This document shows, piece by piece, positions 38,004-48,694 of a stretch of 64,000 nt of DNA (position 1 is its first letter; each line of letters begins with the position of its first letter). Source of the stretch: Opitutia bacterium (GTDB lineage: Bacteria > Verrucomicrobiota > Verrucomicrobiia > Opitutales > T3Sed10-336); assembly GCA_003558065.1 (NCBI GenBank), contig PWMU01000007.1:8894-72893 (forward strand). Reading direction: 5' to 3'. The notes beneath the pieces are model-generated. The model was given only the letters and a program-made list of their open reading frames with translations, was not told the DNA's origin and did not search any database. The position numbers and the translations under genes were made by a program.

Positions 38004-39851
38004 CTACTCGTGCACCTCGCTTGCCAGGTGCCACACCCCGGGTGAACGCCAGAGGCGGGAGATCAGCAATTCGCGCTCGTTGGTGAACTCCTTGGGCAGG
38101 CGGTCGAAGAGTTTCAGGAAGAACGCTTCATGTTGGCGCGCCTCCTCGATCCACATTTCGCGATCCACCGACATGAGGGCCTCGAATTTCTCGAACGGGA
38201 AGTCGTCCCGTCCCGTCCAGTCGACGTCCTTGTACCGGGGAATCCAGCCCAACGGGCACTCCAATGCGTACGCCTTTCCGTGAACCCGTTGAACGATCCA
38301 TTCGAGCACCCGCATGTTTTCACCGAACCCGGGCCAGAGGAATTTCCCGTCCTCGTCTTTGCGGAACCAGTTGACCATGAATATCCGCGGTGGATTCGGG
38401 AGGTTCCGGCCGATATTCAGCCAATGGTTGAAGTAGTCTCCCATGTGGTAGCCGCAGAAGGGCAGCATGGCCATGGGATCGGTGCGGACCTCGCCCACTT
38501 TGCCGGCGGCGGCGGCGGTCTTCTCGGAGCCCATCGTGGCTGCGAGGTAGACCCCGTGGGACCAGTTGAAGGCCTGCGAAACCAGCGGAACGGTTGCGGA
38601 CCGGCGGCCTCCGAAAATGAAGGCGCTGATCGGAACGCCCTCCGGGTTGTCCCAATCCGGATCGATGCTGGGACACTGGGCCGCTGGTGCCGTGAAGCGG
38701 GCGTTTGGATGAGCCGCCGGGCGGCCGCAATCGGGAGTCCAGTCCCGCCCCCGCCAATCCGTCAGTTTCGGCGGCGGCTCGTCGGTCATGTCTTCCCACC
38801 AGACGTCCCCGTCCGGGGTCAGGGCGACATTGGTGAAAATGGTGTTTTCCCCAAGTGAGGCCATGGCGTTGGGATTGGACTTATCCGAGGTTCCGGGCGC
38901 GACCCCGAAGAAGCCGGCTTCGGGATTGATCGCGTAGAGACGGCCGTTCTTGCCCGGTTTGATCCAGGCGATATCGTCTCCGATGGTCGTGATTTTCCAC
39001 CCGTTGAGCGGTTCCGGCGGAATCAGCATGGCGAAGTTGGTCTTGCCGCAGGCGCTCGGAAAAGCCGCCGCGACATAGGTCTTTTCGCCTTCGGGAGACT
39101 CCACCCCGAGAATCAGCATATGCTCGGCCATCCAGCCCTCTTCACGCGCGATGACCGAAGCGATGCGCAGGGCCAGGCACTTCTTGCCCAGCAGGGCGTT
39201 ACCGCCGTAGCCACTGCCGTAGGACCAGATGGAGCGTTCCTCGGGAAAGTGGACGATGTACTTGGTCTCCTTGTTGGAAGGCCACGGCACGTCTTTTTCG
39301 CCCGGCTGGAGCGGCGCCCCGACCGTGTGCAGGCAGGGGATGAAGGGGCCGTCCCCCAGCAGGTCCAGCACTTCCTGCCCGATCCGGGTCATGATGCGCA
39401 TGTTCACCACCACGTACGGAGAGTCGGTGATCTCGACGCCGATTTCCGAAATCGGCGAGCCGAGAGGGCCCATGCTGAAAGGAATGACGTACATCGTGCG
39501 TCCCTTCATGCAGCCGCCGAACAGGCCGATCAGTTCCTCTCTCATCTCTTTCGGATCGCGCCAGTTGTTGGTGGGACCCGCATCTTCCTTCCGGAGACTG
39601 CAGATGAACGTTTTGTCCTCCACGCGGGCCACATCGTCCGGATCGGATCGACAGTAGAAGCTGTTGGGCCGCTTCTCCGGGTCGAGCCGGATGAAGGTCC
39701 CGCTTTCTTCCATAAGCCGGCAGAGGCGGTCGTTCTCTTTCCGGGACCCGTCGCACCAGTGGATTTCATCCGGCTGGCAAAGGGCGGCGACTTCCTGCAC
39801 CCACTCTTTGACGTTTTTCTGTCCCGGGACGGTTATTAGCGTATCGTTCAT
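38004..39851 (-). CDS. pckG: Phosphoenolpyruvate carboxykinase (GTP)
   Basis: [50 protein letters not shown]. Confidence 0.97.
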   Translation of the reverse strand: MNDTLITVPGQKNVKEWVQEVAALCQPDEIHWCDGSRKENDRLCRLMEESGTFIRLDPEKRPNSFYCRSDPDDVARVEDKTFICSLRKEDAGPTNNWRDPKEMREELIGLFGGCMKGRTMYVIPFSMGPLGSPISEIGVEITDSPYVVVNMRIMTRIGQEVLDLLGDGPFIPCLHTVGAPLQPGEKDVPWPSNKETKYIVHFPEERSIWSYGSGYGGNALLGKKCLALRIASVIAREEGWMAEHMLILGVESPEGEKTYVAAAFPSACGKTNFAMLIPPEPLNGWKITTIGDDIAWIKPGKNGRLYAINPEAGFFGVAPGTSDKSNPNAMASLGENTIFTNVALTPDGDVWWEDMTDEPPPKLTDWRGRDWTPDCGRPAAHPNARFTAPAAQCPSIDPDWDNPEGVPISAFIFGGRRSATVPLVSQAFNWSHGVYLAATMGSEKTAAAAGKVGEVRTDPMAMLPFCGYHMGDYFNHWLNIGRNLPNPPRIFMVNWFRKDEDGKFLWPGFGENMRVLEWIVQRVHGKAYALECPLGWIPRYKDVDWTGRDDFPFEKFEALMSVDREMWIEEARQHEAFFLKLFDRLPKEFTNERELLISRLWRSPGVWHLASEVHE

Positions 39852-39953
39852 CTTTGCTTTCGTTTCAGGTTGGAAGTTGCGAGGATAGCGTTTTTCTGCG
39901 CCTCCAGCCGCGCGCCGGTTGTTCTGCGATGGGCGCGGATTGCATTTTCGCGT

Positions 39954-41651
39954 TCACATCTTTCCGTGCCGGATAATCGAGACCAGCAGGCCGAAGCCCA
40001 TCACGGTGGCCAGCAGGAAACCGATCAGCCCGATGACGGGAATGTCGTTCCAGGTCGGGGGAATCCCCGCGTGAACCATGAGCGACGAGCCGACGACCAG
40101 CGCCGCGAGGACAATGGCAAAGGCGATACGGTTGCTGACGCGTTCGAGCCCGAGAATGAGCGGCCCCAGCCCGTGATGCTCGAAGGCCACCCGCGCCCGT
40201 CCCTCCTCGATCGAACGCACGAATGCCCGCAGGTCTTCAGGCAGTTCCTTCAGGAACTCCAGGGCGCTGAGACCGGATTCGAAGAGATTCCGGGTGAGGC
40301 GTGAGGGGTGGATCCTGTCCATACGGACCCGTCGCACGTACGGAGCCGTCTCCTTGAGGATGTCGAAGTCCGGGTCAAGCTGGCGCACCACGCTTTCGAA
40401 CGTGGAGACCGCCTTGATCAACAGAAAAATCTCCATGGGGATCCGTAGCCCGTGGCGGGTCGTCTTGTTGAGCAGCTCCTGCAGCAGTCGTCCGAAACTC
40501 ATCTGGCGGATCGGCTTGTAAAAGTGCAGGGTCATGAACTCCGCGACATCGGCTTCGAGAGCCCCGCGTTCCGGCGTCCGCTGAGAAGTGGTCAGTTTCA
40601 ACAGGGCGTCCGTGGCGGCCGATTCGTCGTGCCGGGAGATGTGGAACAGGAGATCGGCGAAATGCTGGCGCAATCTCAGATTCATCGTGCCCATCATCCC
40701 AAAATCGATAAACGAAATCTCCTGTTTCTCCAGGACGAACAGATTCCCCGCATGCGGATCCGCATGGAAGAACCCGTGCACGAAGATCTGCTTCATCATC
40801 AATTCCGCGGTCTGGCGGGCGATCTGTTTGAGGTCGTAGCCCTTGTCTTTCAAAAGGTCGAGATTCGTGGCCTTGATGCCGTCCAGGAACTCGAGGGTTA
40901 ACACCTTCTCGCTCGAAACGTCGCTGTAAACCCTGGGGACGTGGAGGGTTCGCTCCTTTTGAAATTGGTGAGAGAACCGCTGGATGTGGGAAGCTTCGAT
41001 CGTGAAATCCAGCTCCTTGCGCAGCATGTGCGACATCTGACGGATGATTTTCGAGGGCTGGTGGATGCTCCAACCGTCGACATGCTTTTCCATCAGGGAA
41101 GCCAGCGTGTACATGATCTCAAGATCGGTATCGATCCGCTGGCGGAGTCCGGGCCGCTGCACCTTGACCACCACCTGCTCGCCCGTGGCGAGCCGCGCTC
41201 GGTGAATCTGGGCGATCGACGCCGCCGCGAGAGGTTCCTTGTCAAAATCCGAAAAGAGCGTATCCATTTCGGCATGCAGCTCCGTCTCGATTTTCTCTTT
41301 GATCTCCGGATACGCCACTGATGGCACATCGTCCTCCAGCTTGCGCAGTTCCTGAATGTATTCGTCGGGCAGCAGGTCGGCGCGCGTCGAGAGGATCTGG
41401 CCCATCTTGACGAACGTCGGTCCGAGATCCTGCAGGGCCAGCCGGAGACGGACCGGGCGGGAACGCTCAACCGCGACCTTTTTTCGTTTCTTTCGCCGGC
41501 TGATCCGGAAAGCGGAGTTCAGGTAACGGTTGGCGTGGACCAGTTGCAGGAACTCATCGAACCCGTAGCGGAGGAAGACTGCGATGACTTCCCGGTAGCG
41601 CTGGACGTGATGATAGGTGCGGCTGATGACTCCGGGCGGATAAAACGACAT
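39954..41651 (-). CDS. UbiB/AarF (ABC1) family atypical kinase
   Basis: LGPTFVKMGQILSTRADL, AAASIAQIH, VVKVQRP, FHADPHAGN, DFGM, two C-terminal TMs; start uncertain. Confidence 0.93.
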   Translation of the reverse strand: MSFYPPGVISRTYHHVQRYREVIAVFLRYGFDEFLQLVHANRYLNSAFRISRRKKRKKVAVERSRPVRLRLALQDLGPTFVKMGQILSTRADLLPDEYIQELRKLEDDVPSVAYPEIKEKIETELHAEMDTLFSDFDKEPLAAASIAQIHRARLATGEQVVVKVQRPGLRQRIDTDLEIMYTLASLMEKHVDGWSIHQPSKIIRQMSHMLRKELDFTIEASHIQRFSHQFQKERTLHVPRVYSDVSSEKVLTLEFLDGIKATNLDLLKDKGYDLKQIARQTAELMMKQIFVHGFFHADPHAGNLFVLEKQEISFIDFGMMGTMNLRLRQHFADLLFHISRHDESAATDALLKLTTSQRTPERGALEADVAEFMTLHFYKPIRQMSFGRLLQELLNKTTRHGLRIPMEIFLLIKAVSTFESVVRQLDPDFDILKETAPYVRRVRMDRIHPSRLTRNLFESGLSALEFLKELPEDLRAFVRSIEEGRARVAFEHHGLGPLILGLERVSNRIAFAIVLAALVVGSSLMVHAGIPPTWNDIPVIGLIGFLLATVMGFGLLVSIIRHGKM

Positions 41652-41779
41652 GGCGGTGAAAGGAGAAAACCGCTTCACCATAGGGGCCTTGTGAATGGCG
41701 GGCAAACGTGTTTTACTTTTATTTTGCCCTTGAACCCCGGCGACGTGATGGATTTGATTGGGTTTTTTAAGGGATTTAT

Positions 41780-42733
41780 ATGAAAATTGACTTACCCGAC
41801 GGACGGCAGATTGATCTGCCTTTGGCGAAACTGGTGTGGATACCGGTCGCCGCGCTGGTTTTCGTGGCGCTCATCACCATGGTGTACCAGGTGGACACCG
41901 AGGAGGACGGGGTCGTGCTGCGATTCGGCAGGCATGTCGAAACGGTCGGTCCGGGCCTTCACTTTAAGCTGCCTTATCCGATCGATCAGGTCGAAAAGGT
42001 CAAAACCCGGATCGTGGATGTCCAGGAATTCGGCTACCGGAGCCAGGGAGGCCGCGCGCATACCACAAGGGGATACGAGGAGGAGAGCTCCATGCTGACC
42101 GGGGACCTCAATATCGTCGAGGCGTCCTGGGCGGTCCAGTTCCGGCGCGAAGAGCCCGAGGACTACCTGTTTAACGTCAAGGACGTCGAAGACACCCTCA
42201 GGGACATCTCGCAGTCGGTCATGCGTGAGGTGATGGGTGATCGCGCCAGCATTCCCATTCTCACTGTTGGGCGTGCGGAGATTCAGGATCGTGCCCGTGA
42301 GCTCATACAAAATTATGTGGACCAGTTCGAAATGGGTCTCCGCGTCAATGAGGTCAACCTGGAATCGGTCGAGCCGCCGCAACCGGTGATCGACGCCTTC
42401 CATGACTTGAACCGGGCCGAACAGGATGCGCAGCGGTTCTTTGAGGAGGCTTCCAGGGAATTCGAGGAGCGGGTGCCCCGGGCGCGCGGTGAGGCCGAGC
42501 GTACCGTGTTGGAAGCCGAAGGGTATCAACAGCGCCGGACCAACGTCGCCCGCGGGGAGGCGCAGCGATTTATCGATACCCTTGAAGCGTACGAACAGGC
42601 GCCGAATGTCACACGACGACGGATGTACCTGGAGACGATGGAAGACCAGTTGTCACACATGAAGGAGATCATCATTATCGACCAGGACATGAAATCGATC
42701 CTGCCTCACTTTAACCTGCGGGAGGACCAGTAG
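41780..42733 (+). CDS. hflK: FtsH modulator HflK
   Basis: VVLRFGR, GLHFKLPYPI, MLTGDLNIV, PRARGEA, RRRMYLET. Confidence 0.92.
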   Translation: MKIDLPDGRQIDLPLAKLVWIPVAALVFVALITMVYQVDTEEDGVVLRFGRHVETVGPGLHFKLPYPIDQVEKVKTRIVDVQEFGYRSQGGRAHTTRGYEEESSMLTGDLNIVEASWAVQFRREEPEDYLFNVKDVEDTLRDISQSVMREVMGDRASIPILTVGRAEIQDRARELIQNYVDQFEMGLRVNEVNLESVEPPQPVIDAFHDLNRAEQDAQRFFEEASREFEERVPRARGEAERTVLEAEGYQQRRTNVARGEAQRFIDTLEAYEQAPNVTRRRMYLETMEDQLSHMKEIIIIDQDMKSILPHFNLREDQ

Positions 42734-43834
42734 ATGCGAGCGATGTGCCAACAATCCGACGGAAAAAGCGGCAACGCTTCGGTGCCTATGGTCGCGGGAC
42801 TTGTCCTGCTCGCAGTGGGGGCGCTCATTGCGGTGAACTCAATGTACATTGTCAACGAATGGCAGCAGGGAGTGGTGACCCGTTTCGGCGAGGTCGTCGG
42901 GGAGCCGGTGACCGAGGCCGGGCTCCAGTTCAAGATGCCTTATCACCGGGTGCAGATTTACGACAAGCGCTTGTTGCGCTGGGACGGGAGTCCGACCTCC
43001 ACCATCACCCGCGACCGCAAGCGCGTTCAGATCGACGTGACCGCCCGGTGGCGGATCGACGACGCGCGGCGTTTCCGTGAAGCGATCAATCTCGAGGGCG
43101 AAGCCGACCGGCGCTTGAACAGCATCATCGATTCGGCCGTCCGCAACCGGATCGGGCAGTTCGATCTCTATCAGGTGATTCGCAGCAGCAACAGGATCCT
43201 CGAAGTTGACGAGGACTTTGAGATCGCGATGGATGAGGCGGAAATGGAGGAGATCGACCTCGACGAGATCGCCACGCTGGGCGCCGAAGTCGAGGAGTTG
43301 GAACGGGACGACGAGGGCAATTACCTGGCCGGCCGGCCGGTGGTGATCGACCACATCCTCGAAGCCGCCCGGGAGACACTTGATGATATGGATCTCGGTA
43401 TCCATCTGCAGGATATTCTTATCAAGCAGCTCAATTATACGAGCGAGATTGAGGAAACGGTTTTCGCGCAGATGAATGCGGAGCTTAATAAGATCTCCGC
43501 CGGTATCCGGTCCCACGGACAGCGACGCGCGGAAGAACGGCTCGGGGAGATGGAACGTGAGCTGGCGACCATCAACAGCCGGGCGCTCGAACGTGCGGCG
43601 AGGATCCGCGGGCAGGCCGACGCGGAAGCCACCACGACCTATGCGGATGCCTATAACCGGGATCCCCATTTTTACCAGTTCCTGCGGACGCTGGAGACTT
43701 ACGAAGATATTCTTGGCGACAACAGCAGGCTCGTGATCGGCACCGACAGTCCGCTTTTCGGTCTTTTTAAAGACCTGGCCACGATGGAGATTGATGTGGA
43801 GGAATTGCGGGATGGGAACCGGGACGACGATTGA
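42734..43834 (+). CDS. hflC: FtsH modulator HflC
   Basis: VVTRFGE, AGLQFKMP, DKRLLRWDG, IRGQADAEA, YNRDPHFYQFLRTLETY. Confidence 0.92.
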   Translation: MRAMCQQSDGKSGNASVPMVAGLVLLAVGALIAVNSMYIVNEWQQGVVTRFGEVVGEPVTEAGLQFKMPYHRVQIYDKRLLRWDGSPTSTITRDRKRVQIDVTARWRIDDARRFREAINLEGEADRRLNSIIDSAVRNRIGQFDLYQVIRSSNRILEVDEDFEIAMDEAEMEEIDLDEIATLGAEVEELERDDEGNYLAGRPVVIDHILEAARETLDDMDLGIHLQDILIKQLNYTSEIEETVFAQMNAELNKISAGIRSHGQRRAEERLGEMERELATINSRALERAARIRGQADAEATTTYADAYNRDPHFYQFLRTLETYEDILGDNSRLVIGTDSPLFGLFKDLATMEIDVEELRDGNRDDD

Positions 43835-44066
43835 GTCCCGGTGGTGGAAAGCGGCCCGGGAGCGCGCAGGTCCCGCCCTCAGTGAGTGTGGCGGGGGAGC
43901 GCGCGACCCCGGAAGGACGGTTCACTCAATTGCGTACCGGAGACTTTTTGTTTCGATCCCCCTTCTGAAAGAGCTCGCACACGCTTCAGGGTAGGACCGG
44001 CTTTATGCCGCGAACCAGCCGTTATTCGACGCGGCAAAGAGACCCGCAGCGATCGGGATCGCCCGC

Positions 44067-45332
44067 ATGACCAATCGATTTTATAACGCTTTCGATACAG
44101 AGGCGCTGGAAGCGAAGAATATTTCCGATTACAGGAGCCCCTTTCAGATCGATCGCGACCGGATCATTTATTCCAACTCCTTCCGGCGGCTTCAGTCGAA
44201 AACCCAGGTTTTTCTTTCGGGGGAGTATGATTTTTACCGGACCCGCCTCACCCACTCGATCGAAGTCGCCCAGATCGGGCGTTCCATCTGCCATTTCCTG
44301 AGGGCGAGCGGCGATCCGTTGGGGCCGGATTTTTTCGTGGATCCGGAGCTGGTGGAGGGCGTTTGTCTGGCGCACGATCTCGGGCATCCCCCGTTCGGTC
44401 ATTCGGGAGAGCGGGCTCTGCACGACCTGATGCGGGAACGGGGCGGGTTTGAGGGGAATGCCCAGACCCTGCGCATCGCTACCGAGACTATTTATCAGAA
44501 CGAGTCGGGAAGTCGCGGCATGAAACCGACCCGGGCTTTCCTGGACGGCATTCTGAAATACAAAAAACTTCACTCCGAGCTTTCCGATCCCGATAACCAC
44601 TTCATTTACGATGAGCAGGCCGGATATCGCGACTTCGTTTTCGCATCCCGAAAAATTCCGGAAGCCTGGGCCCGGGGGACCGACTTGAACCGGCTGAAGA
44701 GTATCGAATGCCAGGTGATGGACTGGGCCGACGATACCGCCTATTCGCTCAACGACATTGTCGACGGGGTTCGCGCGGGGTTTCTGACCACGGAGAAAAT
44801 CCGTCAGTGGAGCGAGACGGCTATGCTCGACGCTGCCGGGAAACAGCCGATTGAAGACCTGTTGAGGGCCGTTCGCGAGGACCGGCTGGAATCTGTATTC
44901 AGCCGGAAAATCGGAGAGTTTATCCAGGCGGTACGGCTCATACCGGCCGAGACCTTTTTGTCCGACCTCTCGAATCGCCACCGTTTCGTTCTCAAGGTGG
45001 ATCCGGCGATCGCGGCGCAGGCGGAGGTATACAAGCGACTCGCCTTCGAAGTGATCTTTCGCTCCCCGCAGTTGCAGCAGATTGAGTACAAGGGGGCGTT
45101 TGTCCTGAAGCGGCTTTTTGAGGCCCTCACGGAAAATTACCTGGACACTCCCCGGCGGCCGATTGCCTTTCTGCCGGTGGCGGTGGCGGCGCTGGTTGAA
45201 CGGGAGAACGATCCCTCCCGCCGGATCCGGCGACTGGCCGACTACCTGGCGGCGATGACCGACAGCGCCGCAATCCGCACCTACAAACGGCTTTTCGATC
45301 CCGATTTTGGATCCATTACGGAAATAACCTGA
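44067..45332 (+). CDS. dgt: dGTP triphosphohydrolase (HD family)
   Basis: DRDRIIYSNSFRRLQSKTQV, RTRLTHSIEVAQI, AHDLGHPPFGHSGE, FEGNAQTLR. Confidence 0.93.
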   Translation: MTNRFYNAFDTEALEAKNISDYRSPFQIDRDRIIYSNSFRRLQSKTQVFLSGEYDFYRTRLTHSIEVAQIGRSICHFLRASGDPLGPDFFVDPELVEGVCLAHDLGHPPFGHSGERALHDLMRERGGFEGNAQTLRIATETIYQNESGSRGMKPTRAFLDGILKYKKLHSELSDPDNHFIYDEQAGYRDFVFASRKIPEAWARGTDLNRLKSIECQVMDWADDTAYSLNDIVDGVRAGFLTTEKIRQWSETAMLDAAGKQPIEDLLRAVREDRLESVFSRKIGEFIQAVRLIPAETFLSDLSNRHRFVLKVDPAIAAQAEVYKRLAFEVIFRSPQLQQIEYKGAFVLKRLFEALTENYLDTPRRPIAFLPVAVAALVERENDPSRRIRRLADYLAAMTDSAAIRTYKRLFDPDFGSITEIT

Positions 45333-45394
45333 TAGATTCAGCGGGCCCCGGATTTATAATTGAGGATTTCCGGGGAAAACCTCATAAGGAAACC

Positions 45395-45838
45395 ATGCCG
45401 AAAATCGACACCGATCAAGTTGCGATGATTCTGAGCCAGAATGAGCTCCCCCAGCCCACGGTTGAGCGGATCATGAAGGACATCCAACGACAGCTCGAGG
45501 AAGAGCAGCAGCAGAAGGAGGCGGAGAAGGAGCCGAAGAAAAAACGCCAGTTTGTCATTCTGCTTTCCGATCCGGAGGGCGAGCTGCCGAAGAAGGACCT
45601 CGTCGGATGGGTCGTTCAGATTCCCGAAGAGGAGAGTCCGCTGAGCACCCAGGAACGGATCCAGCGGGCCGCGTACGAGTTCAACGCCAGTCCGCGCGGC
45701 CGGAAGCTGCCGGCTCTGAGTGTCGGGGAAGCTATCGAGAGCGTGAGCGCGAAATTCTTCAAGGAACAGGAGATTGCCATCAAAACCAAGGTGCCGGTTC
45801 TGGCCTTGCGCACCGATAACAAGCTCCCGACCGAGTGA
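45395..45838 (+). CDS. Hypothetical protein
   Basis: 147 aa ORF with plausible codon usage and AAGGA before ATG; no known motif. Confidence 0.75.
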   Translation: MPKIDTDQVAMILSQNELPQPTVERIMKDIQRQLEEEQQQKEAEKEPKKKRQFVILLSDPEGELPKKDLVGWVVQIPEEESPLSTQERIQRAAYEFNASPRGRKLPALSVGEAIESVSAKFFKEQEIAIKTKVPVLALRTDNKLPTE

Positions 45839-45855
45839 GGGGAGAGGAAGAAAAA

Positions 45856-45897
45856 TCGGAAAGGGAAAAGCGGAAAGCGGAAAGCGGAAAGCGGAAA
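45856..45897 (+). repeat. Heptamer tandem repeat (GCGGAAA x4 perfect plus 2 degenerate)
   Basis: tcggaaa gggaaaa gcggaaa gcggaaa gcggaaa gcggaaa. Confidence 0.85.
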
Positions 45898-46041
45898 GGG
45901 CACACGGATCCGGACCAAACGAATAACACCGCCACAGCGGCCCCGCCGCTCACTTCGCGTACTTTGCGGTTAAAAATAGCCGGCGCCGGGGGGCGGCGAA
46001 CCAGCTAAAAAGGCGATAGGAGTTCATTTACAAGACTTAGA

Positions 46042-47007
46042 ATGCCGTCCGAACACACTTTTATTGTTCCGGAAGGAATTCACCGGGAACGGGCGGACAA
46101 GGTGCTTGCATCGGCTTTTCCCGAGTTCAGTCGAACGGCCCTTCAACGGGCGTTTGATGCCGGACTGGTCTTTCGCGATGATACCTGTATCGGCAAGCGG
46201 GAAGGCGTCTCCGCGGGAGAACCTCTCAATTTTTCCCTCCCTGAAGCAAGGCCTTCCGAGTTGAAGGCGGTGTCCATGTCGCTCGATATCCTGACCGAGG
46301 ATGAGCATTTCCTTGCGGTCAACAAACCGAGCGGCCTGGTGATACACCCGGGTGCCGGAACGGGCGAGGACACGCTGGTGCACGGACTTCTGGCACATTG
46401 CAGGGGCAGCCTCAGCGGCGTCGGCGGTGTCGAGCGTCCGGGCATCGTTCACCGCCTGGACAAGGAAACGTCGGGGATTGTCCTGGTCGCCAAGACCGAT
46501 CGCGCGCACCGGGAACTGGCACGCCAGTTCAGTGATCGGGAGGTGAAGAAGCACTACCTCGCGCTGGTGGCCGGCGTGCCGGAACTCCTGTCGGGGACCC
46601 TGCGCGATGCGATCGGGCGCCATTCGGTTCACCGGCATAAAATGGCGGTCCAGCCCGAGGGAAAAGGCCGGGCCGCCCACACCGAGTGGGAACGGGTGGA
46701 GGTCTACGGCGCGCAGGCTTCATTGCTGCGATGCCGTATCCTGACCGGGCGCACCCACCAGATTCGCGTGCACCTGAGTTCACGCCGACACCCGCTGCTG
46801 GGCGACGCCGTTTATGGCTACCGTACCCGTGACGAGACGTTCCCGGAGCCGCGGCGAATCATGCTCCACGCGGAAACCCTGGGCTTCCGGCATCCGGCGA
46901 CCGGGGCAGCCATGACGCTGACGGCTCCGTTACCCGCGGATTTCAGGGAAATGATCGAAGCGTTGAAGCGGATCGCGGGGAGCGGGGCGAAAGAGGGACG
47001 AGGGTAA
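46042..47007 (+). CDS. RluA-family pseudouridine synthase (RluD-like)
   Basis: VNKPSGLVIHP, RPGIVHRLDKETSG, TGRTHQIRVH, MLHA; N-terminal S4-like region. Confidence 0.93.
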   Translation: MPSEHTFIVPEGIHRERADKVLASAFPEFSRTALQRAFDAGLVFRDDTCIGKREGVSAGEPLNFSLPEARPSELKAVSMSLDILTEDEHFLAVNKPSGLVIHPGAGTGEDTLVHGLLAHCRGSLSGVGGVERPGIVHRLDKETSGIVLVAKTDRAHRELARQFSDREVKKHYLALVAGVPELLSGTLRDAIGRHSVHRHKMAVQPEGKGRAAHTEWERVEVYGAQASLLRCRILTGRTHQIRVHLSSRRHPLLGDAVYGYRTRDETFPEPRRIMLHAETLGFRHPATGAAMTLTAPLPADFREMIEALKRIAGSGAKEGRG

Positions 47008-47036
47008 ACGTTGTCGGCCCTCGATCCCCTCCGGCC

Positions 47037-47357
47037 TTACTCGCCTTTGACCTTTTTTGTCAGGTTCGCGAGTTTGACTTCGAGAGATTTCACCCGGCTC
47101 TCGAGTTTGTGGAAATCTTCTTCGCTGACCGGCTTTTCCTTCTGCCACCAATCGCGGAGGGTCTGGTTGATCTCCTGGGTTGTCGATTCGAATTCCTTGC
47201 GGCTTTCCTCGACAATCTTCTCGGCCATTTTCTCGGCCTCCTGCCTTGAGATTTTCCCTTGCTCCACCATTTCATGAAGCATGTTCTGGACGTGCTCCTT
47301 GGTGATGACTGTGGCGCCGATTCCGGCGTAAACGGCTTTTTTCAATATATCCAACAT
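47037..47357 (-). CDS. Phasin-like (PHA granule-associated family) protein
   Basis: LKKAVYAGIGATVITKE...EMVEQGKISRQEA....LESRV..LE. Confidence 0.8.
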   Translation of the reverse strand: MLDILKKAVYAGIGATVITKEHVQNMLHEMVEQGKISRQEAEKMAEKIVEESRKEFESTTQEINQTLRDWWQKEKPVSEEDFHKLESRVKSLEVKLANLTKKVKGE

Positions 47358-47465
47358 GTGCGGGCTCCTTTGGGAATGGTTTTATGCTACTCAAGAAGTG
47401 GCCTAAAAGGGCTTCATTTTCAAGCAATTACTTGCAATTCGCAGCGGCGGGAGGAGGCGTCCGGC

Positions 47466-48689
47466 CTATTGGGCTTCCTGGGGAAGGTAGACCGTAAAGG
47501 TGCAGCCGTTGCCGGGCTGTGTTCTCAGGCGGACCGCTCCGCGGTTCCGTTTGACCAGCCGGGAGACGATGGCAAGGCCGAGCCCGGTTCCCTTGTCGGC
47601 TTTTTTGGTCGTGAAATACGGTTCGAAGATATCCTCGATAATGTCCTCCGGAATGCCTTGTCCCTTGTCGCTGATTGAGATGGCGACATAAGCGTGCTTG
47701 GGATCGAGAATGTCTCCATTAATGATGCGCTCGTTGGGGCCGTCCCTGAATTTTTGGGCTTCCGGAAGCTTGTCGAGTTTCCGGGCATCCACGGTAACCT
47801 TCTGGGCACCCGAGGAACTCTGCAGCGAATTGGTCACCAGGTTCAGGAGGATCTGCATCAGTTCCGAACCGTGGATGAAAACAGACGTATCCTCCTGCAA
47901 ATGTTCGATACTGACCATCGCCTCTTTGACGGCCGGGTGTACCTTGATCAGTTCCTTCAGGTCCTGCAGGATCAGGTTGACGGAGATGAGCTGTCCATCG
48001 GGGGCGTCGCGGCGAATCAGTTCCAGGTGGCGGTTCGATATGGAGCAACAGACCCGCACCTGCTGGGCTACCGTGGTCATGCTTTCCCGAACTTCCTCCA
48101 GCTCCTGGCCCGTCAGTTTCGACATCTCGCCCAGCCGGTGCATCAGCAGGTCGACGTACCCCCTGATGATGGTCAGCGGATTGTTAATGTCGTGAAGCAC
48201 CCCGGCATAAACCTGTGAGGAGGTGCGTGCCATCTCTTCCTGCATCATCAGGTTTTCGAGGTCCGCCTGGAGCGAGTCCAGCCGATGTACGGACTCGGCG
48301 ACATCCTCGGAGAGACGGCGGCTCTTCATGGCGTTGTCCACCGCCGTCCGCATGGCTTTAACGTTGAAAGGTTTGCCGATGTAATCGTGGGCGCCGTGTC
48401 TGAGGGCCTGCCGTGCCGTCTCCAGCGTCTCGTAGGCGGTCAGCATGATGACTTCCGTGTTCTTATCGATTTCCTTAAGCGCTTTGAGGACTTCGATACC
48501 GGACATGCCGGCCATCCGGATATCTAGAATGACCGTGTGGGGAGGAGTTTCCCTGGCGAGGGCAACGGCTTCCTCCCCGGAGTTGGCGAGGAGAACCCGG
48601 TAACGCTCTTCAAAGACGATCTTCAAAGACTCCCGGGGACCCTCCTCGTCGTCGACAATCAGCAGCGTTTCTTTTTCTTGATCTGTCAT
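47466..48689 (-). CDS. Hybrid receiver-histidine kinase (REC-HisKA-HATPase)
   Basis: LLIVDDE, VILDIRM, MLTAY, IGKP; LHDINNPL H-box; NLVTNS, DKGQGI, PYFTTK, GTGLGL. Confidence 0.93.
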   Translation of the reverse strand: MTDQEKETLLIVDDEEGPRESLKIVFEERYRVLLANSGEEAVALARETPPHTVILDIRMAGMSGIEVLKALKEIDKNTEVIMLTAYETLETARQALRHGAHDYIGKPFNVKAMRTAVDNAMKSRRLSEDVAESVHRLDSLQADLENLMMQEEMARTSSQVYAGVLHDINNPLTIIRGYVDLLMHRLGEMSKLTGQELEEVRESMTTVAQQVRVCCSISNRHLELIRRDAPDGQLISVNLILQDLKELIKVHPAVKEAMVSIEHLQEDTSVFIHGSELMQILLNLVTNSLQSSSGAQKVTVDARKLDKLPEAQKFRDGPNERIINGDILDPKHAYVAISISDKGQGIPEDIIEDIFEPYFTTKKADKGTGLGLAIVSRLVKRNRGAVRLRTQPGNGCTFTVYLPQEAQ

Positions 48690-48694
48690 AGCGG

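Noticed and set aside
44067-45332. dGTPase as an anti-phage system
   Set aside because: Housekeeping context, normal GC and no defence or mobile genes nearby.
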